Shown piece after piece: positions 26,417 through 39,899 of a DNA stretch of 64,000 bases. A program made the translations under genes and the position numbers. Location of the stretch: positions 194,861 through 258,860 of the forward strand of contig WELA01000881.1 of NCBI GenBank assembly GCA_009602735.1. The letters run 5' to 3'. Positions within the stretch are counted from its first letter, which is position 1. Each line of letters opens with the position of its first letter. Source of the DNA: Mesotaenium endlicherianum (taxonomy: Eukaryota). The notes beneath the pieces are model-generated. The model was not told where the DNA came from. It did no database searches and saw only the letters and a list, made by a program, of their open reading frames with translations.

Positions 26417-29400
26417 GCAAGGGGATCAGACACCATTACTTGCTCCTCCGGCGATGTACATTTGCCCAGGATGTAAGGTTTCACGCTTGCTTTATCTGAT
26501 GATCGGGCCAGGGCCACCCAAACAAGGTACATCAAATTCACCTGATTCGTTCTGCATAGCTTCTTAACTTGCAAACTTGACAGAAGACAGTTACTTGTGG
26601 TCGTATTTACCTCTACCGGTTTCGCTGTCTCCACTCGACCATCACGCCCTTGGACCTTCACTTGTCCTGTGCTCCAGTGCACTTGAGGGTTGGCTTTCCT
26701 TAGCCATGGTCGGCCCAATATCACCTCATAGTGACCTAACTCTGCCTGCTCCATAACTTCAAAACTCGGGTGCCCCGCTACTTCCACGTGAATAGCTTCC
26801 GTAGGTGCACCACACTTGAGTCTCTGCCCGTTCGTCAAACTTGCCTCCTTAGGCTCATAATGCTTTTGCACAGGGATCCGCACTCCTTCACGAACTTCTC
26901 ATGCACTAAATTTTCACATGCGCCACTGTCGACCATACACTTCGCCTTGTTGCCGTCGACTACTTCTTCCACGATAATAGGCTTGTCAACGTCTCGTCTT
27001 TCGCTTCTCGACAGGCTCCTGGGGATAACCTCCTTGTGATTTCTCGTCTTCACGCCAGTAGACACCCCAAAACGTTTTACTGGTGTCCTCCTTTTTCCTG
27101 CTGTTGAGGTTCCTTTGCCTTTTCGTGGCAGTCTCGAGCCAGATGCCCAATCTTGCCACAATTATAGCATGGTCCTCTCGGCTTAAGATTCTGCTACCTG
27201 CACTGGGACTGAACTAGTCCCAACTCCATAGGTACAAGACCTTGACCACTCGTGCTTGGCGCTTGAGATCCAAAGTGTCGATATCCTCCAAAGTTGTGGC
27301 TGCCCCGCTGCCTCTGACTATACTCCACAGCGTCGACCCTTCTTGCCAATGCCATCATTTCTCCAAGACTGGTAGGGTCCTTGAGCGCCACTTCCTTGGC
27401 CACAATTGGCTTGAGTCCCTATTAAACTTGTCCATCATCTCCGACTCGTGCATAGATGGACATTGAAGCACCGTTTATTGAAACGTGACACATACTCCTG
27501 AACGCTTCCTCATTAACGATGGAGCACCAATAGATCTCGAGCAATAGCCTCGTGTGTAATGAATTGAAATTGCCTCTTCAAGCCTTCAAATAGCTGATCA
27601 ACAGTAGCAAGAACTCCAATAGCAAGAATTCTAGACAGCTGCTCCTCACGCTCGTACCAAGCTTCAGCATTCCTCAACAAGGTATTCACAAAGGCGACGT
27701 GCCTGTCAGGCGTGAGCGCAGAATACTCTATAAACTTCTTCATTTCATAAATCTATTGATGAACAGGCGGCGATCCACGCTCTCCAGTATACACTTCAGG
27801 CTTAGGTGGACGCACTCCCGATGCGGGTGGAATAACCGGTTGCACCATTGGGTTAATATGAATTGGTGGTACTACAGGTGCAAGTGCCGAACTCGTCGAA
27901 GCGGCGTTCCACATAACAACTCGCACCATTCTCTCCACGTCTGCGTGCATGTTTTGTTCAAACTGGGTGTAGACTTCTCCTCCAATTGCATTCGCCATTT
28001 GCCTTAGCATCGCCTGCATCTCTTGTTGCTCCCTTGACAAAGGTGGTATCGTCTGCCCCACGCGCTCAACATGCTCGACATCTTCGCCTCCTCCAGCTGC
28101 CGACTGCGACTCCATAATATAATATGCAGATTAGCCCAGCTCTAATACCAGATAAACGGGGCAGAGTGCCCTAGTGGAAGCGTAGTAGCTCACGAGGAGA
28201 GGAACTAGTTTCTATCATACTAAGAGTGCAGCTGTACATTACTAAGAAAGCTTAGGAAAATTACTCAACGTTTTGAGAACTAAGAAACCGCTCACAAATA
28301 TAGGATGAAAGGCCTTGTCATTACAAACCTGTAAAAATTTTTAGAAGTGAAAATTGATAAAGAATGAAGTAGTTATGCCTATATATAATTTTGACCTAAG
28401 TCGTCCTCTTTAGACGGGAGGGCCGCTTAGCAACCGATTTTCCTAAGTGTTTGTCAAATCGTCCCTTCCAAAATAGTTGTGAGTAAGCCAGATCAGTCTC
28501 ATCTGACGTGTAGGGTCGATTTGACGTCCTCATGCATGCATCGAAATATCTAGAATATACTAACTTAGACGCGCTAGGCTAATCCGAAACTTCTAGGTAA
28601 ATCGACCTAGTCGGCACTCCGCGTCAGCCAAAATTACGTGAAGGTTCGAGTTCACACTAACGGGCCACATCGCTCGACGCTGTCGGTCAATCTATACCTC
28701 TCTCAATACTTAACCAAATTGGATGTACTTTATATCAAAATGAGCACACAAATACACTCTGGACTTCTATGCAATTAATACATACTTTCATGAAACTCAA
28801 AAATACACTTTATAAACCTATGACCTTACATCTCCTCCTTCGCGTCTCTTTCGCTCCTCTCCCTTTTGCTCCTACGCTCCTTCTGCCTGTTGGGAGAGTG
28901 CGAGGGCGAGAATGAGACAAGTTAGTGCAGGGCTTGTGCACCACGCATGCCATCCTTTCTTGCGAATGCAAACGCTTAGTTACAATGTTTAGTTTGCTTG
29001 CCGTTCTTTCGCTGTTGCTCACAGTCAACTTAAAAAAATCGTCACTGAGCATGCAAACAATTTTAATGACTGTCGCGCGTGGCTGCCTGATTTTTCCATT
29101 TAACACTCACGCCCATGTTTTCTATGGCTAGCAACGCTCGTGGCGAACGCCCAATATGTGGCTGTCATACAGAAGTCGTTGTGGAGGTGGCGCACAACCA
29201 CTTATAGCTAACCTGCCGTGGCCTTGCCAGGTTGGCCAATTTGATCAAGGCTGCCTTTTAGGCACCCGTTGACCTGAACCATTGCTGGTGTTAAGCACAT
29301 AAGCTTTCGGCTGACTCACCTGTCAATCCCCTATCCAACGCTGAATGTTGGTTTTGCCTCGTCATAGCCACTCATTCCAGTGACTTAGACTTTGACCTAG

Positions 29401-31159
29401 CCACTGATTGTGACGAAATCAATCTTTGGTTGGTGAAGCAATGTTGACTTTTCGTACCCGAGCGGCCGTGACTTGCGCTGCGCGTACGGCATCGTCAAAC
29501 GGATAGTAATTGCGACAATCTTGCTTGTTTGTATCGCCGCTGATTATTCTTGCTTCATGTCCAAATCCTGATCGGTGAGACGGTTGCTCGCACGCACGCT
29601 TCTGACGCTTGTGTAAAAGCCCGCACGACCAAAGATTCACACACTGGAGTTATCGACGAAAAAATTACTCGCATGAACGTGATTAGGAGGGTATCTTGTT
29701 GGCCTACCCTGCCGGCGAGTTTGTCTCGCTTATAGGATCTCCTCCAATGACATGTATGGCAACCTGGTAGCAAATCCCTCGATTCATATCTTTTTGGTTG
29801 TTTTTTGCTATTTGGATGCTATAGAATGCGACTAAAACAAAAAGATGTCTTTCGAAATTCTGATGATTCCAAGTAGATGTCGCGTAAATTCCAAAATCTT
29901 CAATTTTCCTCTAAAAAACGTTGTGGAATGTTGTTACTCCACTAAAAGATCCAACTAAATTTTCACGGGTTTCCTTGACACCCTGACAGTCGTCCAGAGC
30001 AGGCTAGATGATGTTTCCGAAATTTTCCGAAATTCGTAAACTTTGTTGAATCGAGGTGCCTGCCTGGTCGTACCTGGTCGTTGCCGATTCGGATGCTCAT
30101 TTGACAATGATCGTCCGCCTCCAGGCTCTCCGTCAGCGGCACACGTTGAGATTGTGCAAAATGTGAGTCAATAGCATTGGAAGCAAATGGCCAAGTTTCT
30201 TAAATGCAAAAGTTAGTTTTGGCCGAAGGCCTTCTAGAACCTAGTTGATAGATATTCTATATGCATCTAGGTTAGAATAAAATAATGAAGAATGAAGATG
30301 TAATAGGATAATTAGAGATACTGATAGGCGTATACTTGAATAGAGAAAGAATAGGAGTAGAGGTAGCTAGGTAGATCTCCTTCGTGAGTCCTACTTATTC
30401 CTATGTGATCCTTTTAGCCTTTTCTCCATCTCATATTTCCTATTTTGTGCATCCTACGGGTGGGTTGGGGGTATCTAGCAGTGATTCTACAATTTTGACT
30501 GCAATGGCAATGAGATTGAGAATGAGACTTATGTACTTACCTTAGACTTTAAAATTTTGACACGTGTCGTGCCTAACAGCGTCGGTCCCTCGGCACGTGC
30601 GTAGCCTTTCAGCACGTGTGCCTTCGACCTGGTCGATGTGTCGGTGGCCCTCCTCACGTGTGGGCAAACATGGTCGATCGACCTTCGCACGTGTGTCGGT
30701 GACAAGCCATACCAGGGTTAATCCATCCCTGGGTTCCTGAATTGGCACCATGCAACAATGACCAACTCTCAGGGCTTTGTTCTACTTCACTCAGCCCTCA
30801 CCATCTGCTTATCTTAAGCCTTAGCAGGAAGTTTAAAAAATACTTGCCTTGCCTTAATTCCTCTTACATAGGACAGAAGCGTCTTACTTCTACACAGGCT
30901 TTTGCCCAAGTTGAGGGTTTACAGAATGAACAAGTTGGTAGTTTGCAGAAATCACGTCTAAGTAGCTTGACAGGCAAGGTCCAGGTCAGAGAAAATCGCC
31001 CTTCAAGGCTTTCGCTTAACTTTCCACAAGTCACAGCTTACAAAACTCTGAACTGCACATCTATGCTGGCCTGGTATGAGTTCTTCGCTCAATACCGCGC
31101 CTTAACAGCTCTTCACTCCTTGGCTGGGCTCACTTAATTCTTCGTTGAGAGCATTTGCT

Positions 31160-32140
31160 TGTTAATACTACTCTTGCTATTAGCAATTCGACAATAAAGA
31201 CTTCTGAGAACCTGGAAACTAACACAGCACTCACCATTTTAAGTGGCCTTCGCACGCTTGGTGGCGTTTGACCCAAATTTGTGCTAATCTCCTGATGGAT
31301 TCTATTCTGCAGCCTTCTACTTACTACTTGTGAGATCCTCTCTTGGGAAATCCTGAGACCTAACCTTTCTATGATACCTTTTAGGGCGAAAATCTTCTAG
31401 CGTCGGCAGAACCGTGGCGCCCTGTGAAAGGGGCAACCCTGGCTCTTCTATGGCCTTGGGAACTCCTTCTTCTTCGCGCTCCTTCTGCTTCTTTAGCTTC
31501 CTTTGACACCGATGCGAGCACAAATGAGGCAGCTTCAGACAGGGCTCGTGCCTTCTCAGGCACCACACATTATCCTCTCTCGAGAATGCCAGTCCTTAGT
31601 CACAAAGTTCAGCTGCATGCAGCTTCGGCTTAGCCATGCTCAACTCAAGCTCGTAGTCACTCGGCATGCATGCACACCTCGTGATTGTCGCGCGTGGCTG
31701 CTTAGCTTCTCAGCTGGCAGTCACGCCTAATTGGCTTATGGCTATGAATTCCTGAGCGGCGTGTACAAGCCAATGCCACTTGCTTAAGATTCCCAACCGG
31801 GCGGCCGTAACCTATCTTGGTCTTGTTGCCATGACTTGGCTTAATCTGCCAGTCACACAGTACCTGACTTGGTACCTGCTGGGCGGCTCATCACTGATCC
31901 CCAGCTTCTAGCCTCCCGGCTGTCTTATGCTGTCAAAACCTCCCCATTCCTGGGTGTGGGACACATTGACATTGACCCCTTGCCAGTGGTCTTGATGCCG
32001 ACATAAACGCTGACTGCGATGTAATCAGTCAAGTGGTCGGTGAGTCAACGTTGAGTTCCTGTACCTGGGTGGCCGTAGCTTGCGCTGCGCGTGCGACACC
32101 GTCAAACAGATAATAGTCGCAAATGTGAGATTGCTTATAC
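31160..32140. repeat. Unclassified ~1-kb repeat, copy 2 (uninterrupted)
   Basis: Direct-orientation diverged homolog of 23460-23750 plus 28836-29540. Confidence 0.75.
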
Positions 32141-33134
32141 CTATTTGCGCGCTAGACGCTAATAATAGCAATACATAATAAATTTGCATATACTCCTCTA
32201 TCACAAACTTCAAATTGACGTCCTTGGGGAGTGTGCGGGGCGGAGGAGATCCAATTTGGGTGTAGGCTGCCCGTACTTACCGGGCCCCCTGGGGTCGTTT
32301 AGTTTGGTGTAATGTTCGATGGTTCGCATCTTGGAGAGTCCCCCAAAAAACCAGGCCAAATTTGACTGCACGGGTTGACAATACAGTGCACACAAAAGAT
32401 TTATTCTTGAATGAAATGTTTAGGTCAATCGAGACTTTTATATCGACTTGCGTGGAGTGGCCTGGTGCGTTCAGGCAAACGCGAATGACGTCGATGCACC
32501 CCATATACTGGACCGCATGGCACCGGACGGAACTGCATGGATCAGAGCAGGGGTGTGTTCCAGTGTGGTCAGTGCAAAGTTTTCGATGACTCGTAATTGA
32601 ATGACGAGAGCTCTGCAATCTGCTAAAAGAATGAATGGCGGAGTAGAACAATACGCGTATGGCCCATGCAAGCTGGCCCTGAGGCCGACGCGCATTTGCA
32701 GAATAATGATGTGATATGGGTGACAACACCGTGAAGGGTCAAGACATTGCCACGTAAAGCGTACTCCACCTAAATTCACGATCGGACCGTTATTTTTGAC
32801 GACCCTAGGATACGTACTCGGAAATTGGCCGAAACTGATCCAACCTCAGTTCTCGGCTGCATTGGCCCGGCTCATATCTGGAGACCGATCGCCATCGCTT
32901 CCATGACTGCTTCTTACGGCGGGAAGCTCCAAGTTTCAGGTCATAGCGAGTTACTCGCTAGAAATTTGCGTTGGTTGTCAGTTATAACTCATCGTCTTAA
33001 GTTGGGCTTGATAGTGTTTTTCTGGTGTCTTGGATTAATCCTATCAGAGCTCAGATACAAACCAGTCCTCTGGGTTTATTCTGCTGGAGGTTTTGTTTGG
33101 CTCTCCTCTGCAGAGGCAGTAAGTCGTCGGTAGT

Positions 33135-36100
33135 ATGGCTGCGTTATCACAGTCGATTTCGTGCTCGAGCTCTGTATTATCAAGCGTAGATGTCCATGGG
33201 AGTCATGGACGGGGATGTAGGAAGTCCCGCAGGGCTGCCGTTGCAAAAATGGCCTTTCCTTCGGGTCAGATGCGGGCTGTAAGTCTGCAAGCTTCTTTTA
33301 GCGGATTGCGTCAAGCCTCTCGCGTAGATATGCTAGGCCGTGCTCCAAGCAGGAGCTTTCAACTAATTGTGGCTGCTGCTGTTTCCAACTCAGCAAGCAG
33401 AGGATCTGCGAGCAGGGGGCAAACAGTTGCTATGTTTGAACGTTTTACAGAGAAGGTAAGTGTCTGTCTTACTGGCACCGGGTCTTGGTACAGGAGGGCA
33501 TAAGAAGCCTGAAAACTGGAGAATGATCAGTGCGCAAGACAATAATGTTCTCTCTATGTTTGAATGTGCATGTCTGCCAGCTAGCAGTTTTAGGAAACGC
33601 TGTCCTTTTATGTTCCTTTGTGTGGTTGGATTAAGTGGGTGAATCATTAAATCACCCATTTTTAGTCTGTGTACTACAAGTGCACGGTTAATTGCAGGTC
33701 AGGCAGTTACGATGCGAACAATGTTTTCTAGAAGCTGTTACATGAACACGACTGTGCAATCTAACATCGTAGTAAAGAAAAGAGCCGGTTAGTATTGCGA
33801 GTTGCTTGCTGTCGTATATACTATAGGTTGTTTGAGCCATGATTCTGAAATTATATGTTTCTGGTTTACTCTGCAGGCTATCAAGGTTATTATGCTTGCT
33901 CAGGAAGAGGCTCGTCGATTAGGCCATAACTTTGTGGGGACAGAGCAAATTCTTCTTGGTCTCATTGGAGAGGGAACTGGTATTGCAGCCAAGGTTCTAA
34001 AGTCTATGGGAGTCAATTTAAAAGAGGCTAGGGTTGAGGTAGAAAAGATTATTGGCAGAGGCTCAGGCTTTGTGGCTGTGGAGATTCCTTTCACGCCCCG
34101 CGCTAAGCGGGTTCTGGAGTTGTCGCTCGAGGAGGCTCGCCAGCTAGGTGTGGTTCTTTTCCTTACGTTGTATCTAGTCAGCAGATTTGTAAAATGATCA
34201 GCAATTCCTGCTTTGAGAGGGTGCTTGTGGCACTTGTTCCACTGTGGAGTGTTTTGCTGCTGTTTTCAATGTCGATTGTAGTTGTGTGGACTGGACTGTT
34301 GATGTTGATGTGATGTTGATGTGTTCACTCTTATCTGCAGGTCACAACTACATTGGAACCGAGCACCTTCTTCTTGGGTTGCTTAGGGAGGGGGAAGGTG
34401 TTGCAGCTAGAGTGCTGGAAAACCTTGGAGCTGACCCAAGCAACATTCGGACGCAGGTTGTTAATCATGCAGATATGTATTTCTGCTCAGAACTTGGCAC
34501 CAGTGGTGCCCTGCAGCACTCTAGTTGAAAGTGACTGTGCATGTATCTATGTGCTGCTCTGCATGTGAACAATTGTCAGAGATAAATGAAGATTATTAGG
34601 TGCATTTAGATGATCTGCACGTTGCGTCAAGTCTTGAGCAGTCCGTTAGCACCAACTTAAGTGCGTTGGTGACCATTGAACCTTTTTTAGGTCATCCGAA
34701 TGGTGGGAGAAAGCACCGAAGCTGTTGGCGCTGGCGTTGGTGGAGGTAGCAGCAACACCAAGATGCCAACTCTTGAGGAGTACGGAACAAACTTGACCAA
34801 GCTTGCTGAGGAGGTCAGTGTCGTGGCCAAGGCCTTGTATCTTGCAATGCTTGAGCATGGGCTGCTTGTGCATCTTTTCTGTTTCCTTATTTCCCTTTTT
34901 CATTTATGTAGTATCCTCAGTGCTTTGGGAAATGAACATCTTTTTTTAACTCCTGCTGTGTATCAATGGTCTTGTCAGAAGATGGTCGAAGTCTGCACTG
35001 GTTCCTCTATCTCATGATGGCACTCTGGCGTTTTCGCATTGTGTACTGCAGGGAAAGCTTGATCCAGTGGTGGGCAGGCAGCCACAAATTGAGCGTGTGA
35101 CTCAGATCTTGGGCAGGCGAACCAAGAATAACCCTTGCTTGATCGGTGAACCTGGTGTCGGTAAGACCGCCATTGCTGAGGGACTGGCTCAGCGCATCGC
35201 GTCTGGAGATGTGCCGGAGACCATTGAAGGCAAGAAGGTGTGTGGCATATTGGCTGCTGTCTACTGTGCTGGAGTGGGGGGTAATAATTTATTTTCTGCT
35301 GATGTGGTCTGTGAGACTTTTTCTCGTGCAGCTAGGTTCTGATTTTTGTAGATATAAGTCCAAATGAGCACTGTTTGCGGAGTTTGTTTTAAGGGTTGTC
35401 TCCGGTTGCTCATGTCACCAAGGCTTTGCTCCTTCTTTCTCTCCGTTAAGTGAGTGAATCGTAGGATTATACCTTTTCAGGCTCTCTTGGGGCATGTGGC
35501 CTTGTGTATTTTACATGGAGCAAGTTGCTTGTAGACGGCTAAGTGTTCATATACTTCATTGCAGCATGTGCCTCAGGAGTGCCATTAATCTGTTGTATAG
35601 TTGCAGCAACTTTCAAATTTTTGGCCTTGACCGTGCAGGTGATTACATTGGACATGGGTCTTCTCGTCGCTGGGACGAAGTATCGTGGTGAGTTTGAGGA
35701 GCGCTTGAAGAAGTTGATGGAGGAGATTAAGCAGGCAGACGACATTATACTTATGATTGATGAGGTGCACACCTTGATTGGGGCTGGTGCTGCGGAGGGT
35801 GCCATTGATGCTGCAAACATCCTGAAACCTGCTCTTGCTCGTGGAGAACTTCAGGTACGCTTTTGAGTATCTACCCTCATCCCACGCCACACCAAGGTTG
35901 ATTCCTGAGAAGATGCTGAGTGCGCATATTGCACATACTACTAACTTGTACGGCAGTTTTACTATCATAGCTATGCTGCTCCTGCAAATTTGCAAGCTCT
36001 ACCTGGGGCAAGAATGTGGCAGCTTCTATGAGCCCTGGTAGAACAGGAGCTGTCGAATTCTTGCCATTGTCTCACTTCCTCTTTGTGTCTTGTTTGGAGC

Positions 36101-39100
36101 AGTGTATTGGAGCCACCACACTCGATGAATATCGTAAGCATATTGAGAAGGACCCAGCTTTGGAGCGCCGCTTTCAGCCAGTCATGGTTAGATCGTTGCC
36201 TTCCCTCTGATCACGTTGTTTCGATACTGTGCAGCACACGTTAATGCGGAATGGGCTTGTTTTTGGGTTTTTTTGGGTTTTTTTTTTTTTTTGTCTTACA
36301 TCATTTCTGGTTGTATGTGGTAGGTGCCTGAGCCGACAGTGGAGGAGACCATCCAGATTCTGAAGGGACTTCGCGAGCGATACGAGATCCATCATAAGCT
36401 GAGATATACTGATGAGGCCCTTGTTGCTGCCTCGCAGCTGTCATACCAGTACATCAGGTCAAGGCTTTCACCTTCAAAATGTGACTATGCTGATATTGAC
36501 TTGCACGTATATTCTCTGATTCTGGCAAGATGATAATATAAGCCTCTGTTGCTGTTATACTGTTCCATGCGTATGTTTGGGAAAGCATTATGACGACGCA
36601 CTTTTGTGATGCACTGAATTGAGTTTTGTGTGTTGCATGTTGATGGCCTTTGTTGAGTTTGAGTGAGGTAGGTTGTATTTGACTATGGCATGTGGGAGTT
36701 GTGGAATGTGAGTTACTGAATGTTATGAAGTTCTCAATGCAGTTGACCTCCCAAACCTCACTTCTTGGAGCAAGTCCAATATATTAATATGTATGTTGGG
36801 GCATTTTAACTGTGTGCAGCGACCGTTTCTTGCCTGACAAGGCTATCGATCTAATTGACGAGGCTGGCTCACGTGTACGTCTGCGCCATGCACAGGTACT
36901 ACTTTACCACCTTCTACTCTCCAACTGGTGTTGTGTTTTATTCATGTTCAGTGCTGAAGATTGAAGCCAATTTTTGCTGCTCAATGATGAGCAGCTGCCG
37001 GAGGAGGCAAGGGAGTTAGACAAACAGCTGAGGGCCATTACAAAGGAGAAGAATGACTCAGTACGCAACCAAGACTTTGAGAAGGTGCTCCTCCTCCCCT
37101 TGGCCATTCGGTGATACTTGGATGATACTTGGGCCTTGTCTAAAACTGTTTTGCTTGCATGTTGAGTGTTTGGCTTCTTGCCTGGCATCTCCTAGTTGCT
37201 GCTCTTTGTTCCTTTCAATTGGTGCGAGGATTCGGGGTAAACATGTTTTTGCATGTTTATGGCAGCAGCTTTCTGTTTAGTGACTGATCATATGTGTGTG
37301 TGTGCTTGTGCTTGTGCTTGTGCTTGTCTTTGTATGTGTTCAGGCAGGAGAGCTGCGTGATCGGGAAATGGAACTGAAAGCTCAGATATCTGCCATCACA
37401 GAAAAGGGTAAGGAGGAACAGAAGGCGGAGAGTGAGGCCAGTGAGGTGGGTCCAATGGTGACCGAGTCTGATATTCAGCAGGTGGTGGCTGCGTGGACCG
37501 GTATTCCTGTGGAGAAGGTGTCGACGGATGAGAGTGACCGCCTACTTAAGATGGAGGGAACTTTGCATCAGCGCGTCATAGGCCAGGACGAGGCTGTGGT
37601 TGCCATCAGCCGTGCTATACGGAGAGCTCGAGTGGGTCTGAAGAACCCCAACAGGCCCATTGCCTCCTTCATTTTCTCTGGCCCCACTGGTGTGGGCAAG
37701 TCAGAGCTGGCCAAGGCTCTCGCTTCTTACTACTTTGGATCAGAGGAGGTGAGCATGATTGGTTGTGATCATCATTGGTTCAACATCAATAAGCTTAGTG
37801 GCAGGAGTGATTTTGGTGGTATTGACGTGTTGGAGGTGCGCATTCTCATGGTGCATATTACCTGTAATGGTGATCTGTGGTGAGCAGGCCATGGTGAGAT
37901 TGGACATGAGTGAATTTATGGAGCGCCACACTGTGTCTAAGCTCATTGGGTCTCCCCCGGGATATGTAGGTTACAGTGAGGGTGGCCAGCTCACAGAAGC
38001 TGTACGCAGGAGACCGTACACAGTAGTGCTATTTGACGAGATCGAAAAGGCTCACCCAGACGTTTTCAACATGATGCTACAGGTATGCGCTTGACTATCT
38101 GGCCTGCCCCCTTCAATGTTTGCAAAAGGGGAGGTCCTGAAACAGGAGTTAGTGGAAGTAGATTACTAGGAGGCTCTGTGTGCGTGCGCAGATACTCGAA
38201 GATGGAAGGCTGACGGATAGCAAGGGGCGTACTGTGGACTTTAAGAACACGTTACTGATCATGACCTCCAATGTGGGATCGTCCGTCATTGAGAAGGGCG
38301 GCGGTGGAATTGGATTTCAGGTGAGCATTACTTTCAACAGCCTCTTCTTTTTAAGAGGGACTGTGAATCTCGCTTCTTGCAGCTGTTTGACTTTGGCATT
38401 GATTGCTAGGTGTTAGGCACAGCACATTGAAGCATTGCCATATTTGTCTCCCAACTTTCTTGTGGGATTGGAACAGCTGGACTATGGCGAGAAGGACAGC
38501 AGCTACAACAGGATTAAGACATTGGTGAACGAGGAGCTGAAGCAGTACTTCAGGCCTGAGTTTTTGAACAGGCTGGATGAGATCATCGTATTCCGGCAGC
38601 TCACAAAACTTGAGGTCAAAGAGATTGCGGAGATTATGCTGAAGGAGGTCTTTGACCGCCTGGCCAAGAAGGACATTGACTTGCAGGTGCAGCACGTTGT
38701 GCTCCCCTACACGCCCATGTCGCATGTAGATACCATAATCATTGTGTTTTGGCCGTTCATGATGTGTTTAATCAATGAAACAGGAGCAGTAAACTATCCT
38801 GGGTGGGTGAGCAGGTCACTGAGCGGTTTAGGGACCGAGTGGTAGATGAGGGGTACAGCCCCAGCTACGGGGCAAGGCCCCTGCGCCGTGCCATCATGCG
38901 CCTCCTTGAGGACAGGTCCGTCCCCATTTCTCATGCTTTTGTCACTCTAATTTTGGACTTGATACTTTCTAGTTATCTGAGACTGAGGTCCTCATGCTGT
39001 GGCTGGACCTGAATCAATGATGTGCTTAGGCAATGATGAATTAAGTGTTATTATGTAGGTATGCATGTCCCTGTGTGCTTATCGGGACTTCAAGATGGTT

Positions 39101-39260
39101 TATGGTGTACAGCATGGCCGAGCGCATGCTATCTGGAGAAATCAAGGAGGGTGACTCGGCTATCATTGATGTGGACGCTGATGGAAATGTCACTGTCCTG
39201 AATGGAAGCACTGGCACTGCCACCTCCACTGCCATTGAAGCACCGGCTGGCATATCATAA
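33135..39260 (+). CDS. clpC: Chloroplast ClpC (Hsp93) AAA+ chaperone subunit of the Clp protease, 934 aa, 16 exons
   Basis: Exons 33135-33455, 33877-34147, 34341-34456, 34691-34813, 35052-35237, 35639-35854, 36103-36186, 36324-36457, 36820-36895, 36995-37084, 37344-37748, 37888-38082, 38192-38320, 38477-38686, 38815-38915, 39113-39260; total 2805 nt, all GT-AG. Transit peptide, then [35 protein letters not shown], Walker A motifs GEPGVGKT and [11 protein letters not shown] loop, [10 protein letters not shown]. Confidence 0.97.
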
Positions 39261-39899
39261 ACTGTGCAGGGAAGTGCTCGAAGTAGAAACCCAGAGAATG
39301 AGGGTTTTCTGAGTCTGTCCGCTTCAACTGGCTATTGCTTGATTTTTAATTTTGGCCTGCGTTGGCCTGTACAATTTGTGTGTGCACACGTGCGGAATGT
39401 TTGTAATTTAGGTGATTTCCTGTTATACTGGCAGCTGCATTGATGTGTACATCGTGTCTTGGGGGTTCCTGTGTTTGCAATAGTTGTAGTCCTTGTCAAC
39501 TTCATACTTCAGTTTCATCGCTATTATTTGTTTTCAAGCTCTAATTGCTTGCTCAATGCTTCAAAATAACAAGCATGAAGCCTGCCAAAGTCTTAACTGG
39601 ATTGGTCACATTCTTGGGAATAACTCCTTGAATCTGCACCACCTTCATGAACTGTGTATAGCATTGCAGTTGCAAGAGGGAGGCTGCTTAAAAACATGTG
39701 GGGGTTGCATCTCTTCGCATGGTTTGGATGCCCCTCTAAGTATTGAGGTACATAAACCTTTTTTTTGTGTGTCAAGTTGTTTTCTGGTTCTGAAGGTCGA
39801 ATTGCAATGCTCAGTGGTATTATATTCGGATCACATTGCTAGTGGAACTGTACGCAGGACCCTGCTGAGTACCGACTGCCACTAAATTTTGATTTCCCA

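Larger units (their letters stand above)
23751..28830 (-). mobile_element. Family-C Ty3/gypsy element, decayed and lacking integrase, near-perfect TSD (CCTCC/TCTCC)
   Basis: 5' LTR 28830-28153 (TGTAAGGTCAT...), PBS TGGTATTAGAGC (28150-28139), gag (PPKPEVYTG, VPMELG), protease (MVDSGA), RT ([22 protein letters not shown]), 3' LTR ~24447-23751. Confidence 0.88.
23460..29540. repeat. Unclassified ~1-kb repeat, copy 1 (23460-23750 plus 28836-29540), split by the family-C element
   Basis: Shares AAACTAACACAGCACTCACCATTTT, GCGTCGGCAGAA.CGTGGC, TGTCGCGCGTGGCTGC and CTTGCGCTGCGCGT...CGTCAAAC with 31160-32140, and is collinear once 23751-28835 is removed. Confidence 0.75.

Noticed and set aside
37290..37330. 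VLVLVLV peptide at the start of ORF 37296
   Set aside because: It is a (GTGCTT)n microsatellite inside clpC intron 10; the exon starts at 37344.
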